NCBI GenBank assembly: GCA_965206695.1
Contig: CBDBKM010000013.1
Span: 96,001-160,000, forward strand
Source of the DNA: Chlamydiales bacterium
GTDB lineage: Bacteria; Chlamydiota; Chlamydiia; Chlamydiales; JAAZZY01
Length of the DNA stretch: 64,000 bases
Reading direction: 5' to 3'
The notes beneath the pieces were generated by a model, which worked only from the letters and a program-made list of their open reading frames with translations, searched no databases and was not told the DNA's origin. Below, one piece after another: positions 20,636 through 31,443 of this stretch. The stretch's first letter is position 1, and every line of letters starts with the position of its first letter. Position numbers and translations under genes: made by a program.

Positions 20636-20871
20636 TGATGAATCTATTAAGCAAAATGTAAGCCTTGCAAAATCGCCTACCAAGGTTGAGAGATCTCAAA
20701 AAAAGCATATTTTTGCATCTCTTGTTGCTTATTGCAAGCTAGAATTGTTAAAAGTTAAGACCCGCTTAAATCATTTTGCTCTTAAATATCAATTGTTAAT
20801 TAAGGCAAATCAGGTAACCGTTTATGAACTGAAAAAATGATATGCTACTTGATCTTGCGTAAGGTGAGTTA
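20636..20871 (+). mobile_element. IS701-family 3' remnant
   Basis: Similar to 15740-15972; ends in GCGTAAGGTGAGTT. Confidence 0.7.
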
Positions 20872-21244
20872 ATAAAATGATTGCAAAAAAACGATTTTGT
20901 ATAGATAGGCTTTCGGTACTTTAAAAAGAAAATGTTGTATGGGTAGGGCTTCTTATTTTTCTCGATTAAAAGTCGAAAGACAACTTTAGATAAAAGCTTT
21001 GTGCTTTAATTTGAACAAGGCTGTAAGAAGGATTGTGATGAACTAGAGAGAGGGTGCACTATTATCTATCAAATATTTATTTTAAATCTTTCTTTTCTTA
21101 TTGTTAAACGCTTCGTTTAACCTTCTTATTACTCACTTTTCTTGTATTTCGCTTATCTTACATCCAATCATTAGTCGTGCAGATGTTTTTGCATTCAACA
21201 AAACCGGTAGTTGCCACAATAAACCGGACCCCTCTTACGAAAAT

Positions 21245-22147
21245 TTATAACAGCGATCGAAGAGCTAAAATTTGATCATTACTTAAATGATTTTGACCGG
21301 TCTCTAACATATCTTGTACAGCTCGTTTTATAAAGCCTGTATGACCCGCAAAAAGGTTTCCTATATTTTCCTGATCTAACACCGGCCATCTGACTGCTTT
21401 TGCATCATCCCCGGGTTCCGGGTTAAATGAAGATGCTTCTTCATCAGTTAAATGTAAGCAAGAAAGCGAAGTCTCCATCCAAGCATTATCGGTATTACGA
21501 GGGTCATCCGAATAGCCTTGAAATAGAATTTTAGCATTAGAGAAGTCTAATTGAATATTGGTCTCTTCAAACAGCTCTCTTTTTAAAGTCTGAGTCACCA
21601 ACTCACCTTTATCTACCATACCACCCGGAATGGCCCACTCCCCACAATCTACTCTTTGGATGAGAAGAGCTTCTATTTGTTTGGTTTTAGGATTAACTCT
21701 TGTGATGACCGGATCAGCTGCAAAATTAGCGCCCCATTTACCTAATAGTCCCCTTCCCTCAATCCCTGTCCTACCCATAGGATTTAATGGGATGCCACGA
21801 TCGTTAAACTGAACTGTAGAGATAAAGCTATTCCGGACATCTTTTCTATCAACTAAATAAAGATTTTCCGGATCAGCCCATCCATTTGGTTTTATAGTGC
21901 AATCATTGTTTAAAACCCCGCCTGATACATAATAGTGGGGGTTGTAAGTCTTATATCCACTATTCCAGCTCACTTTATCGTCCGGCACGTAAAAACGTTC
22001 CGGATATTCCTCGGGCTTCTCAAACCTTGATTTGATATGAAGTTCGCTCTTTTGTTCAGGCATAACCCACTGTTCCTCTTCATAAATAGGTACCTCATAA
22101 ACCAATAAAGCGCTTCTATGATAATTAGATGTCAAATTCAAGTCCAT
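21245..22147 (-). CDS. NUDT9-like ADP-ribose pyrophosphatase (Nudix)
   Basis: PLNPMGRTGIEGRGLLGKWG, WAIPGGMVD...RELFEE, DDPRNTDNAWMET and GDDA motifs. Confidence 0.9.
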   Translation of the reverse strand: MDLNLTSNYHRSALLVYEVPIYEEEQWVMPEQKSELHIKSRFEKPEEYPERFYVPDDKVSWNSGYKTYNPHYYVSGGVLNNDCTIKPNGWADPENLYLVDRKDVRNSFISTVQFNDRGIPLNPMGRTGIEGRGLLGKWGANFAADPVITRVNPKTKQIEALLIQRVDCGEWAIPGGMVDKGELVTQTLKRELFEETNIQLDFSNAKILFQGYSDDPRNTDNAWMETSLSCLHLTDEEASSFNPEPGDDAKAVRWPVLDQENIGNLFAGHTGFIKRAVQDMLETGQNHLSNDQILALRSLL

Positions 22148-22445
22148 AATCTCTCCTAAATTTTAATTTTATCTTATAATTCAAAGAAAGGCCAACGATT
22201 ATTTATTAAGATTTAATTAAGACATGGCTCTGTATCTAACCATTAACTTCTATTTTTAATCATTCACCTCACGCACACATCTCTCATAAAGAGCGTTTGA
22301 TTCTATAGACTTCTTAGTAGAAGACAATGCATAAGGTGAGTTAATAAGTATTTTTACTCCTGTTTTTTAATTAGCTATTTACTATCAACTTAGTATAACA
22401 GACTTACTTAAAGTTACTTATGCAATTTGCCGATAAAACAAACAA

Positions 22446-22474
22446 TTGACATTTTAATTGTTATTTGATATAAT
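22446..22474 (+). promoter_or_regulatory. perfect consensus sigma70-type promoter
   Basis: TTGACA-17 bp-TATAAT, 60 bp upstream of the ORF at 22535. Confidence 0.8.
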
Positions 22475-22534
22475 TTGTTCAGTAGAGTTCTATTTGGCCG
22501 AGGATAGTAAATTAATATACAAAGGATTTAAAAA

Positions 22535-22888
22535 ATGACTTTAAATTTAGAAAGCATGAGAGAAGAGTTTAAGCCATCTAAAACAGATAAAGAGGCTATG
22601 GAAAGAGGTTCAGGTTTAATTAAAGAAATTAACCGCATTTTAAATGATAAAAAAAAACATCCGGATAATACAACTCTAGACGAAGCTTTGACTTGTATTA
22701 AGATTATCAAGCGGATTGAAGACATGCAATTCTTTCTCGAATCAACCTCTAAATTCGATGAGATTATGAAAGTGATTAATCCTTTATTAGAACATTTTAA
22801 GGCCATGCAGCAATCTCTGCCCTTGGCAGAAGATATCATTAAGAAACAAGTTCAATCAGATATGCTAGAGAAAGAAAAGGGTGTATAA
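22535..22888 (+). CDS. hypothetical helical protein
   Basis: AAGGA ribosome-binding site; consensus promoter. Confidence 0.7.
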   Translation: MTLNLESMREEFKPSKTDKEAMERGSGLIKEINRILNDKKKHPDNTTLDEALTCIKIIKRIEDMQFFLESTSKFDEIMKVINPLLEHFKAMQQSLPLAEDIIKKQVQSDMLEKEKGV

Positions 22889-22936
22889 TACTTAAAAAAG
22901 ACTTATTAAAAATACTCAAAAAAGATATCAGGCCAC

Positions 22937-25081
22937 TTACGGATCGTTAGATAGCAGTGCAGGCTGTTGGCCCTTGCTAACAGGACCAATGGGTTTGATA
23001 CCTAAACTATTGACGACAAAGGCCCATTCATCGGCTATCTTGGCGATTCTCATCCATATCGGCCGGCCCATACCATGCCCGGTTTTTCTATCAATCCTGA
23101 TCAGCACAGGGTTATCCCCTACCTGAGCGTGCTGAAGTGCTGCTGCGAACTTGAACGAATGCATGGGAACTACGCGATCATCCGTATCAGCTGTAGTAAT
23201 AAGGGTGGCAGGATAGGCTATACCGGGCTTAATATTATGATACGGCGAAAAAGCATAGAGAGACTGAAAAATTTTGGGATCGGTAATGTCCCCATATTCA
23301 CCTTGCCAAGCCGATCCGATCGTAAACAAATGGAAGCGCAGCATATCCATGACACCCATTGCCGGCAAGCAGGCCCGGTAGAGGTCCGGACGCTGGGTCA
23401 TACAGGCACCAACTAGTAGGCCTCCATTAGACGCCCCCTGGATCGCCAAACAATTAGGATTCGTGTAATTCTGTTCAATAAGCCATTCTGCCGCGGCAAT
23501 AAAATCATCAAAAACATTTTGCTTGCGTGTTTTGGTGCCCGCTTCGTGCCAGTCCCTACCATATTCACCGCCACCACGAAGATTAGGAATTGCCAAAAGA
23601 CATCCCATCTCGACCCAAGCTAGATAAGCCGGTGAAAAATGGGGGGTCAGCGAAAGATTAAAACCACCATATCCATAGAGTAGAGTTGGTACCTGTCCAT
23701 TCCGGATCATATTACATCGGTGCACAAGAAACATAGGAACTCTCGTCCCATCCTTACCGGAATAAAAGACTTGCTCAACCTCATAATCGGCCGGTTTGAA
23801 GTCAACTTCAGTTTTCCAAAGAATTCTAGATGTACCGGTTGTCAAATCCAAATGGTAAATCGTCGGAGAAGTAGTGAAACTCGTGAAATAATAAAAAGTC
23901 TCCGCATCATCGCTTCGCCCTGTAAAACCACCCGCCGAACCAATACCGGGCAGTTGGATATCGCCCATAGGGGAACCATCCTCGGCATAACGCTTGATCT
24001 GAGTGGAGGCATCCTTTATATAGTTAACAATAAAGCTATCATGGAGGTGTTGAACTGAATTCAAGGTTGCATCCTGCTCCGGAATAATCTCCAGCCATGC
24101 CGGGATCATCCGGCTCATATCCATGGCAAGCAATCGCCTGCGGGGAGCATCCTTATTAGTTATGAAGAATAAAATATCCTTGATGGAAGTAACGAATGTA
24201 TACTTATCATTCCAATCGTTGATCAGGTCTACGAATTGGCCGTTCGAATTCGATAGATCACATACCTTGACGAGGTTGGATGCACCGGCTTCAGAAAAGA
24301 CTGAGACTACGAGCCAGCGACCATCTTCGCTCAATGAGGGGGACCATAACCATGTCGGATGATTTTTGTCTTCAAGAATTAGCCGGTCCTCCGCCGGAGA
24401 TGTACCGGGTTCGTGCCGATAGATTTTCATAAAAATATTCTGATCCTGAAACGCGCCACCTTCCTTGGGTTCATTGTATCGACAGTAATAAAATGCGCTA
24501 CCATCCGGCATCCAAACAGGGCTACGAAATTTCGACCACTCGATAGTATCCTCCAAATCTTTACCGGCCTGCAGGTCCCTGATCTTCCAACTCTTCCAGT
24601 CGCTACCTGCATTGGTAATTGCATAAGACATGTATCGGCCATCGTCGCTGAAACTAATTCCACCTAATGCTATCGTGCCATCCTCTGACCATGTGTTGGG
24701 ATCGATAAGAACCGCCGGTTCCTCATCAAGGCATTCCATGGTGTAAAGAACAGACTGGTTCTGTAGCCCATTGTTTGCAAAAAAATAATACCTGCCGGCG
24801 ATTTTGCAAGGTACCCCGAACCTTGGATAATTCCAAATCTCCTTCAGTCGCTCCGCGATCGCATTCCGGTACTCAAGGCCATTGAGATATCCACGGGTCA
24901 ATTGTATTTGGCCTTCAACCCACGCATTGACTTCATTGTCGACGCGAACGTCATTTTCAAGCCATCGATAAGGATCTTGAACGGTTATGTTGTGGTAAAT
25001 ATCAGCATGATGAACGCGCCGAGTTTCCAAGTATTGAGGGGTTGCCGGCAGTGAAACAGCGATTAAAAATGATGACAGCAT
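22937..25081 (-). CDS. prolyl oligopeptidase (S9A)
   Basis: DPYRWLE, YGYGGF, NLRGGGEYG, GASNGG (Ser), DDRVVP (Asp) and TGHG (His) motifs. Confidence 0.95.
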   Translation of the reverse strand: MLSSFLIAVSLPATPQYLETRRVHHADIYHNITVQDPYRWLENDVRVDNEVNAWVEGQIQLTRGYLNGLEYRNAIAERLKEIWNYPRFGVPCKIAGRYYFFANNGLQNQSVLYTMECLDEEPAVLIDPNTWSEDGTIALGGISFSDDGRYMSYAITNAGSDWKSWKIRDLQAGKDLEDTIEWSKFRSPVWMPDGSAFYYCRYNEPKEGGAFQDQNIFMKIYRHEPGTSPAEDRLILEDKNHPTWLWSPSLSEDGRWLVVSVFSEAGASNLVKVCDLSNSNGQFVDLINDWNDKYTFVTSIKDILFFITNKDAPRRRLLAMDMSRMIPAWLEIIPEQDATLNSVQHLHDSFIVNYIKDASTQIKRYAEDGSPMGDIQLPGIGSAGGFTGRSDDAETFYYFTSFTTSPTIYHLDLTTGTSRILWKTEVDFKPADYEVEQVFYSGKDGTRVPMFLVHRCNMIRNGQVPTLLYGYGGFNLSLTPHFSPAYLAWVEMGCLLAIPNLRGGGEYGRDWHEAGTKTRKQNVFDDFIAAAEWLIEQNYTNPNCLAIQGASNGGLLVGACMTQRPDLYRACLPAMGVMDMLRFHLFTIGSAWQGEYGDITDPKIFQSLYAFSPYHNIKPGIAYPATLITTADTDDRVVPMHSFKFAAALQHAQVGDNPVLIRIDRKTGHGMGRPIWMRIAKIADEWAFVVNSLGIKPIGPVSKGQQPALLSNDP

Positions 25082-25214
25082 ACTTTCTCCTTGTTAGATC
25101 CTATTAACTCCGGGCCAACTCAATTCACGATATTCGGAAATTTGTCAATCTCCCAATCTAAATGGAATCTCTAGGTAGAATATGGTTTGATAAAGCTCTT
25201 AAAACACATCTACA

Positions 25215-25972
25215 TATACTCATTCACATTGGAAACCGGACAGGATTGAGTTCCGGCACTTGAAATGTATCATTAATTCGTGTCTTAAGCTTGTCTCTTA
25301 AAATCGGAATTTTGTCTTTAAAAAACTTTCTTACCTCTAATTCAAACTCAGTAAATGTATCGTAAAATTTATTATAAGTAACCGTTTCTTTCATCACTTT
25401 CCAAAGTCTTTCTATTGCATTTAAATTTGGAGAATATGGTGGTAAATAGAGAAGCTCTATACGTGAAGTCGTTAAATATTCTTGAATCAGTTTGTTTTTA
25501 TCGGCTCTTCCGTTATCTAAAATAACATATATTTTTGAAGCCCGTGAATGATTCTCTAATCCTTTTAAGAAGTCAATGACCTCACTTCCTCCAATCGTGG
25601 AGTATTCTTTTGACCTGATTACCATATCCTCAAGTCGTAAAGCTCCAATAATAGGCATTCCGGTTCGCTTATTTGTGGTCTTAAGCGTTTTCTTAACCCC
25701 TTTTTGGAATCCACCCACATACGGATTGGGATTGATAATCAGGGTGTACTGCATCAAAAAAATAGATCTCTTCACTATTTTGAAGGCCTGCTTTTAATGC
25801 TTCCTATTCTTTAATAAATTGTGCCTGTTTCTCTAAGTCAAGCCTACCGGGGACATTAACAGGGCTTTTGAAAACAAAATGATGATGCTTTAGCCAAGAT
25901 GTCATCCCTCTTATGCTGTAAGAAATTTTCTATTGTTCTAAGACAGATGCGCATACATCTTTAACCCTTCAG
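25215..25972 (-). mobile_element. IS630 type b, 3' portion (continues at 49403-49626)
   Basis: ILDNGR and LPPYSPNLNAIERLWK motifs; end TATACTCATTCACATTGG; collinear with the degraded copy at 59211-59720. Confidence 0.85.
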
Positions 25973-26071
25973 ATTAGAAAATCCCTGCATAACTGACTTG
26001 ATAATATTTTTTAAAACTCACTGATTGTTTAAACTTATTTTTCATTTATTTTGATAAGTTTTATAATAAGA

Positions 26072-26187
26072 AGACCTCTGCATAAGTTATTGATTTAGTC
26101 GTCGATTTGTCAAAATATATTTATAATGTCTTTAACTTACATCTAAAGGTTCGATTGTGATTAAAAATGTAAGTTATGCAGAGGTCT
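26072..26187. mobile_element. MITE family A, copy 2
   Basis: AGACCTCTGCATAA / TTATGCAGAGGTCT inverted ends; homologous to 13761-13877. Confidence 0.85.
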
Positions 26188-26190
26188 TAT

Positions 26191-26630
26191 TATAGTATTT
26201 TAATTTTTATTTGATAATATGTTATCCTTCTTTTTTTATACAAACAGTAAGGACAAAACAATGCCTAGAGCCTATTCAGTAGATCTTCGAGAGAAAGTAT
26301 TACAACATATAGAAAAACATCATGATAAAAAAACAGCCGGCCATATTTTTCAAGTAGGTATCGCAACAATATATCGATGGATCTTGCAAAAAAAGCAAAA
26401 AGGACATTTAAAGCCAATCCGCAGAAAATATGCTTATAAGAAATTAGATGATGAGTTGTTATCTAAATATGTAGAAAAACATCCGGATTATTTTTTATCG
26501 GAAATTGCTGATTATTTTTCAGTCACTCCGCAAACGATTTTTTATGCCCTTAAAAGATTAAAAATTACACGAAAAAAAAACTACTCGCTATAAGGAAAGA
26601 GATGAAAAGAAACGGGAAGCTTTTATGAAA
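26191..26630 (+). mobile_element. IS630 type a, 5' half (interrupted at ATGAAA by IS1634)
   Basis: Matches the first ~440 bp of the other copies (A9 instead of A10); the remainder is at 48899-49402. Confidence 0.95.
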
Positions 26631-28398
26631 CCGACATTCCTAGACCGTAAGATATTTTTTTTGAATTAGAATTATAGATTGCCTATCCTGTTACTTTTTA
26701 TTTGATACAAGGAGAAAAGTTATGCCGGAAGTTGCAGGAGATAATATTCAAACAGTGAACATGGATCACCATGGATTAATTGCAGCACTTTGCAGCGATC
26801 TAAAAGTAGCGGAAAGGATTGATACCGGATTAAAAAATCATCCACAAAGAAAAGTAAGTGCGGGACAGGCAGTAATTGCAATGATTCTGAATGGATTAGG
26901 GTTTACTAATAGACGTCTCTACCTAACACATCAATTTTTTGCTTCTAAATCGATAGAGAATTTACTTGGCAACGATCTTCGAGCAGAAGATCTCACAGAT
27001 TATACTTTAGGTCATGCTTTGGATGATATTGCGAAATATGGGAGCAGTAAATTATTTGCTGAAGTTTCTTTTGGAATAGCCCTAGACCATGATTTACTAC
27101 AAAAAACGCATCATCTAGATACAACAAGCTTTTCCGTTCATGGGTCGTATGAAGTGAAAGATGATCCGCAAGTGATTGAGATTAAGCAGGGTTATTCTAA
27201 AGATCATAGACCTGATTTGCAACAAGTTGTACTTTCTCTCGTTACCAATGGTCCGAGTTCTATGCCTCTATGGATGGAAGCCTTAGACGGCAATAGTTCT
27301 GATAAAGCAAGTTTTCATGAGACGCTCAAAAAAATCAGTGAATTTCAACAACAGATTGATGTAAAAACAAAGTTTAAGTGGGTTGCCGATTCAGCGTTAT
27401 ACACAAAAGAAAAGCTCTTAAAAAATAATGATTATAAATGGCTCACCCGAGTTCCCGAGATAATAGGAGAAGCAAAAAGATTAGTAGAAAAACCGGAAGA
27501 AGAAATTGATTGGATTGATCAGGAGAAAGGATATAAAACATGCAGCTTCACCTCTTTTTATGGAGGGATTAAACAAAGATGGCTTTTGGTTTTTTCAGAG
27601 CAAGCCTATCAGAGAGAGATAAAATCATTAGAAAAAAAATTGACCAAGGCAGAAGAAAAGCTCAAGAAACAACTTTGGCATTTGGGTAATGAGGAATTTA
27701 AATGCGAAAGTGATGCTAAAAAAGCTTGGGGCAGATTGACTAAAAAAAATCATTTATATTCCATGAATAGTGAGATATTGCCGATTCTAAAATATGGTAA
27801 ATTAGGCAAACCTAAACAAGGAGAGGAAAAACAAGTTGTTGGATACAAGATTCATGCTAGCTTTGAAAGGGAAGAAGAAGAAATTAATAAACTGATGAAT
27901 AGAAAAGGACGGTTTATTTTAGCTGCGAATGACACCGATAGAGAAAATTATAAAGATGAGATGATGTTAGAAGAATATAAAGAACAGCAAAAGGTTGAAG
28001 GAGGGTTTCGCTTTTTAAAAGATCCTTGGTTTATGGTTGATTCTATTTTTTTAAAAACCCCTCGACGCATTGAAGCATTAATGATGGTTATGACATTGTG
28101 TTTAATGGTTTATAATATCGGACAATATCAACTTCGACAAAAATTGATAGAAACAGAAGAGACATTACCCAACCAATTAGGAAAGGAAGTCAAAAATCCA
28201 ACATTAAGATGGATTTTCCAAATTATGGAAGGTATCGGAATAATCCGTTTTTTTCAGAAGACTTCCCGGAGAATTTGTAAAGAAATGATCACAAATTTAA
28301 CCCGTCTTCGGAAAAAGATTATTGTTTTGTTTCGAAAGACTGCAATGAGGATGTATGGCTTAATTAGAAAAACTTGTTTAGAGGTCTAGGAATGTCGG
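26631..28398 (+). mobile_element. IS1634-family element, copy 1, with intact 555-aa transposase (26722-28389)
   Basis: Perfect 16-bp inverted repeats CCGACATTCCTAGACC; HLDTTSF, GYSKDHRPDL, VADSALY and VEGGFRFLK motifs; flanks ATGAAA and ATGTAG. Confidence 0.95.
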
Positions 28399-28969
28399 AT
28401 GTAGCTTGCCATTCGAGAATGCCGTACAGATTACTTGTTGCGTCTTCTTGTTCACAACAACCTGAGTTTTTAGCGTATATTTTTTCTTTTTTCCTGAGTA
28501 AAAATACTTCTGTTTTTTTTTGGCCTTTCAATACGCGTTTCTGTTGCATCGATTAAAATAACGTCATATTCAACATCGCTCTTTAGAAGAGCTTTGCGTC
28601 CGGGCAAAGAGAAATCAGGGTGCTTGATTAATGTATCCTCGACCCACCTTACAGTTTTATAGGCAGTACTCTCACTAACACCGTAACTTTGACTCACATG
28701 GAAATAAGTCCCGTATTCTCGGATATATTCTAGAGTCATAAGCAGCATATCCTTTATGCTTCGTTTGTTCTTCCTACCACCTTTAACTTTTTTGAGTTTG
28801 TTCGATTCTTCTAAAATCAACTGCATCCTATCAAATGTAGCTTTCTTAATGCTCATTAGCCGACAAAATTTTTCGTCGTCTAAACTTTTAACTGTTTCAA
28901 ACTTCATGTTATCCTCACTTATTTTAACAAGAACATTATTATCAAAAAATTAGTTTCGAAAGAAGTCTA
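28399..28969 (-). mobile_element. IS5-family (ISL2-like) element, 5' half
   Basis: MKFE...GGRKNK...LMTLEYIREY...LIDATE; end TTTCGAAAGAAGTCTA; 3' half at 46790-47130. Confidence 0.9.
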
Positions 28970-28997
28970 ATGTATGAAAAATGTATTTATTCCTCTA

Positions 28998-29187
28998 TAA
29001 CCTGAGTTTTGGGTTTAAGTCATTAATATTTAATTGATAGTATGGATAAAAGCTACCCTATTTCACAATATATAAGCGAGTAGTGCGGACAATAGCAAGT
29101 TTTTTTAAAATAAAAATCAAGTTATCTATTTTGGATACAGTGGGATATATCTAAAATTTCAGGGTATAAAACCTAAAACTCAGGTTA
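28998..29187. mobile_element. MITE with IS982-like ends
   Basis: TAACCTGAGTTTTGGGTTT / AAACCTAAAACTCAGGTTA; same end as the IS982 remnant at 41655-41673. Confidence 0.75.
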
Positions 29188-29222
29188 ACAAGAATACGAA
29201 ACAACACTTTAATCGAGAGGCT

Positions 29223-29269
29223 CTCATCCCAATGCTAAAGCAAGGGGCTGTCTCGCTTAATTGTCATAA
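29223..29269. repeat. IS200/IS605-type terminal hairpin remnant
   Basis: TCATCCCAATGCTAAAGCAAGGGG...GCTTAATTGTCATAA; second copy at 59875-59921. Confidence 0.6.
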
Positions 29270-29392
29270 ATCTTTCTTTGATATTTCTCAAAAGAGCGAT
29301 TTTTCAATCATATTCATTACAACCCCTATATCTAAGGATTGCATAAATTAGAAGAAACAACTATCAACCAGATAAAAACCCTTTTCTTATTT

Positions 29393-31300
29393 ATGCCAGC
29401 CTTAGCCGGAATTATTTATCCCAGTAGCTTTAACATCAATAAACGTATCGATAATATGCTTGACTCTCTTCAACATAGAGGAAAAGGTACTAAAGAAATA
29501 TTTAAACATCGAAATGTTGTTTTAGGCGCTCATTCAGATGTTAAAGGCTATAATAAAACCCGCTCTGTATGGCTTGCTTTAGATGGAACCATCTTTAATC
29601 AAGAAGAGATTATCAAAGATCTAGAAGCAGAAAATCATTCTCTTAACAGCCATGATTTGCTCCCTGTTTTAATTAAAAGCTATGAAGTTTGGGGTGTTGA
29701 TTTTGTAAAAAAATTAAACGGCCCTTTCCTGATTCTATTATTTGATTTAAGTCGCCAAGAAGTTCTTTTGGTTCGCGATCGATTTGGAGTAAAACCACTG
29801 TATTGGGCCCATTATAATAATCATCTAATATTTGCTAGTGAATCAAAAGCTATATTAGCAACAGGAATGGTTCCTAGAATCCCTTATAAAAATGCTTTTG
29901 CTTCTTATCTTTTTTTCGGATTTATCCCTCAGGACATGACTCTCATCAAAGAAGTCAACAAACTACTTCCCGGTCATTATTTATATTCGGGCTTACATCA
30001 AAATCTTACTATTCGTTCTTATTGGTCATTTGGCGAAGCTGCCGGTACGAAAATTAAGACAACAGAAGAAGAAGTTGCAAGCAAATTAAATGACCTATTA
30101 ATTCAAGCGACAAAAAGGCGCCTTGTAGATGAAAAAGAGGTCGGTTGTTTTGTCTTAGGTGGGATTGGCTCTGCCGGGATCTGTCATTACCTCAACCGGC
30201 TTAAAGGTTCTGATAATACTGTCATGTTAACCTCTTCTTTTGAAAATGTAAATGAAGAAGACTTGCAAGCCTCACAAGAAGTAGCCAATGCATTAAAGAT
30301 CCGACAAGAAAATCTAGTACTGAAGCCACAAGATCTCTTAGAAAACCTTATCCCCATTATCTGGTATTTGGATGAGCCGATTGCAGATCCTAACATAATC
30401 GCTACTTGGAACCTTGTAAACAAAGCGAAAGAAATAGGCGTCGGCTCCTTTTCAGGAATGGGCAGTGATGAATTATTGGCAGGAAATTTGCGCTATGTTG
30501 CGCACTTTTATCAAGAATCTTTTCCCAAAGAGGTCTCTAAATTTCTTCGCCCATCATTAAAAAAGGTTATCGTTCCTATTTTAAAAATATTTAATAAAAA
30601 ATTCGCTTTAAAAATCCTGAAAAATCTTTTTTACGATCCGGGGGCAATGGAATACTTAAAACATAATGCTATTTTTGATCAAAAAAGCATAAGCTCTATA
30701 TCCCCTAACTTAGCTAAGACTTTTTTCCCGGAAACCTATTTACAAAATTTTTACCGTTATAATCTTGAAAATAAAAATCCGAACTCTTTCCTACTTCTGG
30801 ATGCTGAGACCATGTTAACGGATCGTTATTTGCTTCAATATGAAAGAATCACCGGTGCATTAGGTGTTAATTGGAAAGCCCCATTTTTAGATAAAGAAGT
30901 CGTTGATTATCTCTTAACTGTTCCTGAAGAACTAAAAATTCAAAATGATAATGCAGCCCTTCCATTAAAAAAGATTTTACAACCTATCTATCCGGAGTCA
31001 TATCTATCTCGCTCAAAAAAAGTACGCTCTAATATTTTTGCGTGTTATTGTCAAAATGCTGAATTTAATGAAGTATTTAACCTGCTCTCTGATGGAGTCC
31101 TTGTTGAATCAGGTCTTATTGATTATAATCATCTAAAAAAAGAATTACTAAATTCATATCTTAATCCAAAACGATTTCAACGCCTTTGGGCCATTTTGAT
31201 CCTGGAAATCTGGTTCCGTCTATTTTTCAATCGTCCGATTGATAAAATCCCTCTTGATACTTCTATAAAAAAGTTTTTATCCGAGCAAAACAATCACTGA
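29393..31300 (+). CDS. AsnB-like amidotransferase/synthetase homolog with altered catalytic motifs
   Basis: HRG, RDRFGVKPLY, FASESKA, LLPGH, LDEPIAD, SGMGSDEL and PFLD motifs; begins MPALAG instead of MCGIAG. Confidence 0.85.
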   Translation: MPALAGIIYPSSFNINKRIDNMLDSLQHRGKGTKEIFKHRNVVLGAHSDVKGYNKTRSVWLALDGTIFNQEEIIKDLEAENHSLNSHDLLPVLIKSYEVWGVDFVKKLNGPFLILLFDLSRQEVLLVRDRFGVKPLYWAHYNNHLIFASESKAILATGMVPRIPYKNAFASYLFFGFIPQDMTLIKEVNKLLPGHYLYSGLHQNLTIRSYWSFGEAAGTKIKTTEEEVASKLNDLLIQATKRRLVDEKEVGCFVLGGIGSAGICHYLNRLKGSDNTVMLTSSFENVNEEDLQASQEVANALKIRQENLVLKPQDLLENLIPIIWYLDEPIADPNIIATWNLVNKAKEIGVGSFSGMGSDELLAGNLRYVAHFYQESFPKEVSKFLRPSLKKVIVPILKIFNKKFALKILKNLFYDPGAMEYLKHNAIFDQKSISSISPNLAKTFFPETYLQNFYRYNLENKNPNSFLLLDAETMLTDRYLLQYERITGALGVNWKAPFLDKEVVDYLLTVPEELKIQNDNAALPLKKILQPIYPESYLSRSKKVRSNIFACYCQNAEFNEVFNLLSDGVLVESGLIDYNHLKKELLNSYLNPKRFQRLWAILILEIWFRLFFNRPIDKIPLDTSIKKFLSEQNNH

Positions 31301-31443
31301 TTATAAATAATTCAAAATCAAAAAGTTATATAATATTAACAAAACACCATAAAACAATTAAAAAGTAGTTATATAATATTTATATAATGGTTATATAATA
31401 TCAACAAAACCATAAAAACACTACAAAACAATTAAAAAAATAT

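Noticed and set aside
23075..24667. Several overlapping ORFs inside the prolyl oligopeptidase gene
   Set aside because: Antisense or alternate-frame by-products of the locally higher GC; no motifs.
31310..31443. Repeated GTTATATAAT and AAAACAATTAAAAA motifs as an operator array
   Set aside because: Extremely AT-rich and imperfect; not distinguishable from local slippage duplication.
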